The notes beneath the pieces are model-generated. The model was not told where the DNA came from. It made no database searches and saw nothing but the letters and a program-made list of their open reading frames with translations. This document shows, one piece after another, positions 30,931 to 34,038 of a stretch of 34,038 nt of DNA. The position numbers and the translations under genes were made by a program. Within the stretch, counting starts at the first letter, position 1. Every line of letters begins with the position of its first letter. The DNA comes from Octopus bimaculoides (lineage: Eukaryota), in assembly GCF_001194135.2 (NCBI RefSeq), contig NC_068990.1, positions 43,300,416 to 43,334,453 on the forward strand. The letters are read 5' to 3'.

Positions 30931-31125
30931 TCTATCCAGTATACTACTGGGTGGGTACCCAATTATTGCTACGCTAGTGCTATACTAGGTGCAATCAATG
31001 GGAACGGGTAAAAGTGGAGGTTTTACCCAAAATTTGTGTAACAATTAGAAAATGGAGGATAGTATGCTGAACCCAACTACTTGCAGACGGTGTATCCCGT
31101 TGAATTCATTAATTTAATTCATAGC
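30931..31125 (+). repeat. Unclassified dispersed repeat, copy 2
   Basis: Homologous to 25255-25475 in reverse; left end hidden by the gap. Confidence 0.6.
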
Positions 31126-31284
31126 AAAAGTGACAAAAAAAGGGGAGAAAAGAAAAAGAAAGAAAGAACCAAAGCACAGGTGTCTATGGCAGACTATGTT
31201 ATTTTGCCAACATGGTTTACATATAGAAGTACAAAGTACATAAGGAATTAGAAGATGAACAGAAGTTTACACATGCATACATAC

Positions 31285-31315
<31 letters not shown>

Positions 31316-31370
31316 TAGTCGTATATGCACATACTTGTGAACACATAGATAATATGTTTATGCATATATG

Positions 31371-31406
<36 letters not shown>

Positions 31407-31809
31407 GATAAAGAGAGGGAGGGAGTAAGATACATGCATACTATATATGAATGTAAATATATATATAGATAGATAGATAGGTAGATAGATAGATAGATAT
31501 ATACACAGACACCCATGTGCTTACATACATATACACAGGCATTTGTATGCATGTGTGTGTATATGTGTATATATATATCACTTTAACACTCTATAGATTA
31601 GAGAAGATTAAATGAAATGCTGCAGTGATTTATTAGCAGACATATAGGTCTTGAGATATTGATTAAGGAAGGATTTCCATTGTCATTTCATTAAGCGCAA
31701 ATTGTCTAATTTAATGTAATATTTCCACCTCTCTATCTCCTCTATTCCCTTTTCCTCTCTTGCACTTTACCACTTTCCCACTTTCCCACTTTCCCACTCA
31801 GTCTTTCTC

Positions 31810-31840
<31 letters not shown>

Positions 31841-32454
31841 TTATCTATCTATCTATCTTTCTCTCACTCTTTCTTTTTCTCTTTTTCTATCCTTCATCAT
31901 TAATTAAAAGTTTAAACTTTACCTTCACACTTTACATCAGATAGTGTCTACTTAACAAGTCAACCATCTCTATCTTTTACCACCACCACCACCACCCCAC
32001 ATACACACATGCACTCACACACTATCCACAAGCACACAGACACACAAAAGTCATTCTCATTCACTGAAAGTATGTTTTTAAAAAGAAGAATCTCACCAGC
32101 AAAAAAAAAAAGTAAGCACTTTAGAGAAATTATGTCCACTTATCTAGGATTACTGGTCATTTAAGAACAGAAAACAAGCTCTGATATCATTGATTTCCAT
32201 TCTTGTTAAGGAGTTGACATTTTACTGAGTGGTAAATAGAAATTTTGTGGCTAAATAGTGAGGCTAGTTTAAAAGTTACTGTAAGTATTATATATATACG
32301 ATCAAACTTATCTGCTTCTTGCATTTAATCATCTTAACTGATGCTTGATGGCTCAGGTATTATAACAACAGTTAGTCATTTGAGTCAGAAACAATTATTT
32401 CTTATGAATCAAATCATTATCATTAGACAATGAGATGGTTATAGAGGAGAAATG

Positions 32455-32600
32455 CATGGCTGTAAGATTAAGAAAATTCTCATTGTAAATATCTGATTTT
32501 GGGTTTGATTTGCCACCAAATGGAACTTTGGGCAAGTTTCTTCTACTGTAAGTTAGGTTCAATAATAACTAGTAAGTTTCTGTAAAAAGCTGAAATTGTA
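32455..32600 (+). mobile_element. Highly degraded SINE-A
   Basis: GCATGGCTGT...TTGGGTTTGATTTGC..CTTTGGGCAAGTTTCTTCTACTGTA. Confidence 0.5.
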
Positions 32601-32609
32601 TGGATGCTT

Positions 32610-33486
32610 ATTAAACGAGGATGATGATGATGTTTAGAAGTGCGGCTATATGCATGAGAATACATACATAAAAAAAGCATGCAAATCTGCACTGACTCCG
32701 AATACTGCACATATGCATGCATTCATGCAAGAATAACCCAGTTGACGTTGAAATTGCAATGAAGGGGCCTTGGATCTAGGTTAGAAACTGGGACATTCTG
32801 TATTGGCAAGAAATCCTTGAAATAAAACTGAATAATGACATCCATATAAACATACGGTATATTAATACATGTATACATACATACATACATACATACATAC
32901 ATACATACATACATACATACATACATACATGCATGCATACACACATACACTGCCTAACTACTAATCTTGAGAAATTAGGCTTCTCAAAACCAGAAAGGAG
33001 AAAGCTGATTCAAAGACTACAGATCCAATCCATCACTGGAACTGTAAAAATTTGTAAAACTTTCCAGAAGTTTATCATTTAAGTATATATGCACAAAAAG
33101 CACGAAGTCCACTCTGCTGAGTGGTTGGTGTTAGGAAGGGCATCCAGCAGTAAAAATTTTGCCAAAACAGTCACAGAAGTCTGGTGCAGGTTTTTTCCTG
33201 GCCGGTTTCTGTCAAACCATCCTACCCATGGAAGGCAGACATTAAACGAGGATGATGATGATGTTTAGAAGTGCGGCTATATGCATGAGAATACATACAT
33301 AAAAAAAGCATGCAAATCTGCACTGACTCCGAATACTGCACATATGCATGCATTCATGCAAGAATACCCAGTTGACGTTGAAATTGCAATGAAGGGGCCT
33401 TGGATCTAGGTTAGAAACTGGGACATTCTGTATTGGCAAGAAATCCTTGAAATAAAACTGAATAATGACATCCATATAAACATACG
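32610..33486 (+). repeat. Non-tandem ~247-bp direct repeat
   Basis: 32610-32856 versus 33241-33486; the only difference I saw is a 1-bp indel (GAATAACCCA / GAATACCCA). Confidence 0.95.
33107..33263 (+). mobile_element. RTE LINE 3'UTR fragment
   Basis: GAGTGGTTGGTGTTAGGAAGGGCATCCAGC...CAAACCATCCTACCCATGGAAGGCAGACATTAAACGAGGATGATG. Confidence 0.8.
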
Positions 33487-34038
33487 TCCCTACTAAGATT
33501 GTTTGGTAAGGTGGGTGGTTTTGTTAGCAGAGTCAATGGCCACACAGCAGCTGGATGTGAGAGACCTATAGTCTTTGTTTAAGCATCTCTCTAGGAGAAT
33601 GAAATTCCAAACTAACACCCACTTCATTGCAAAGCTGGTGATCTTGATATTGTTTATTTCAAGACTACTTGGTTTTGTTGGTGAGAATCTTAGCAGTGTT
33701 GTGCAAGCTGTTATTGACTTTACATTTCAGCATGGGCATTGCTGACAGCCGTTATCTTGAACATCAAGGATAAGGTAATTTGTCAGTGATGGTCACACTC
33801 ATCTCTAAGTTGTTAGCAGTCACTATGTATGTATGTATGTATGTCAAAGGGCGGATGAACTCCTTAACAGTCAACGACCATCCAACAAAATGTCTGTAAA
33901 TATGTATATATATATATATGTATGGGTGTGTATATGTGTGTGAATGTCTGTAAATATGTATATATGAATAATTTTAATTTTATATATATACTATTTTTTA
34001 TCTTTTATATTTTTATATATATATATATATATATTTTT

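Noticed and set aside
31770-31798. (CCACTTTC)x3.6 as clustered GTGGGAA Su(H)/CSL sites
   Set aside because: A simple slippage repeat in a pyrimidine tract; no independent regulatory evidence.
33500-33800. Possible degenerate LINE RT fragments on the minus strand (also 28570-28760)
   Set aside because: Only faint motif resemblance; needs an HMM search to call.

Overview
Repeat-dense eukaryotic DNA with nine N-gaps. No complete host gene, rRNA, tRNA or CRISPR array can be supported. The microsatellite load and the SINE and LINE families recognisable from memory point to an octopus genome (inference; no search was run). Almost all listed ORFs are microsatellite or gap artefacts. The real protein-like remnants are all from transposons: a Penelope-like RT/linker fragment (1-278), a CR1/Jockey-group RT (3640-4375), RTE LINE 3' ends, two lineages of R4/Dong-type RLE LINE, and three DD37D (maT) Tc1/mariner derivatives. 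At least four tRNA-derived SINE types are present; the labels A, B, C and E/F are mine. The most notable observations are: a hammerhead-ribozyme-like motif with a ~95-nt stem II (25040-25173); a 66-bp-period hairpin array in an RTE 3'UTR; a same-strand chain of SINEs nested in each other's (AAT)n tails; a 15-bp tandem repeat built from a transposon deletion junction; and several foldback or MITE elements. Repeat boundaries are approximate (about +/-10-20 bp) unless defined by TIRs or gaps.
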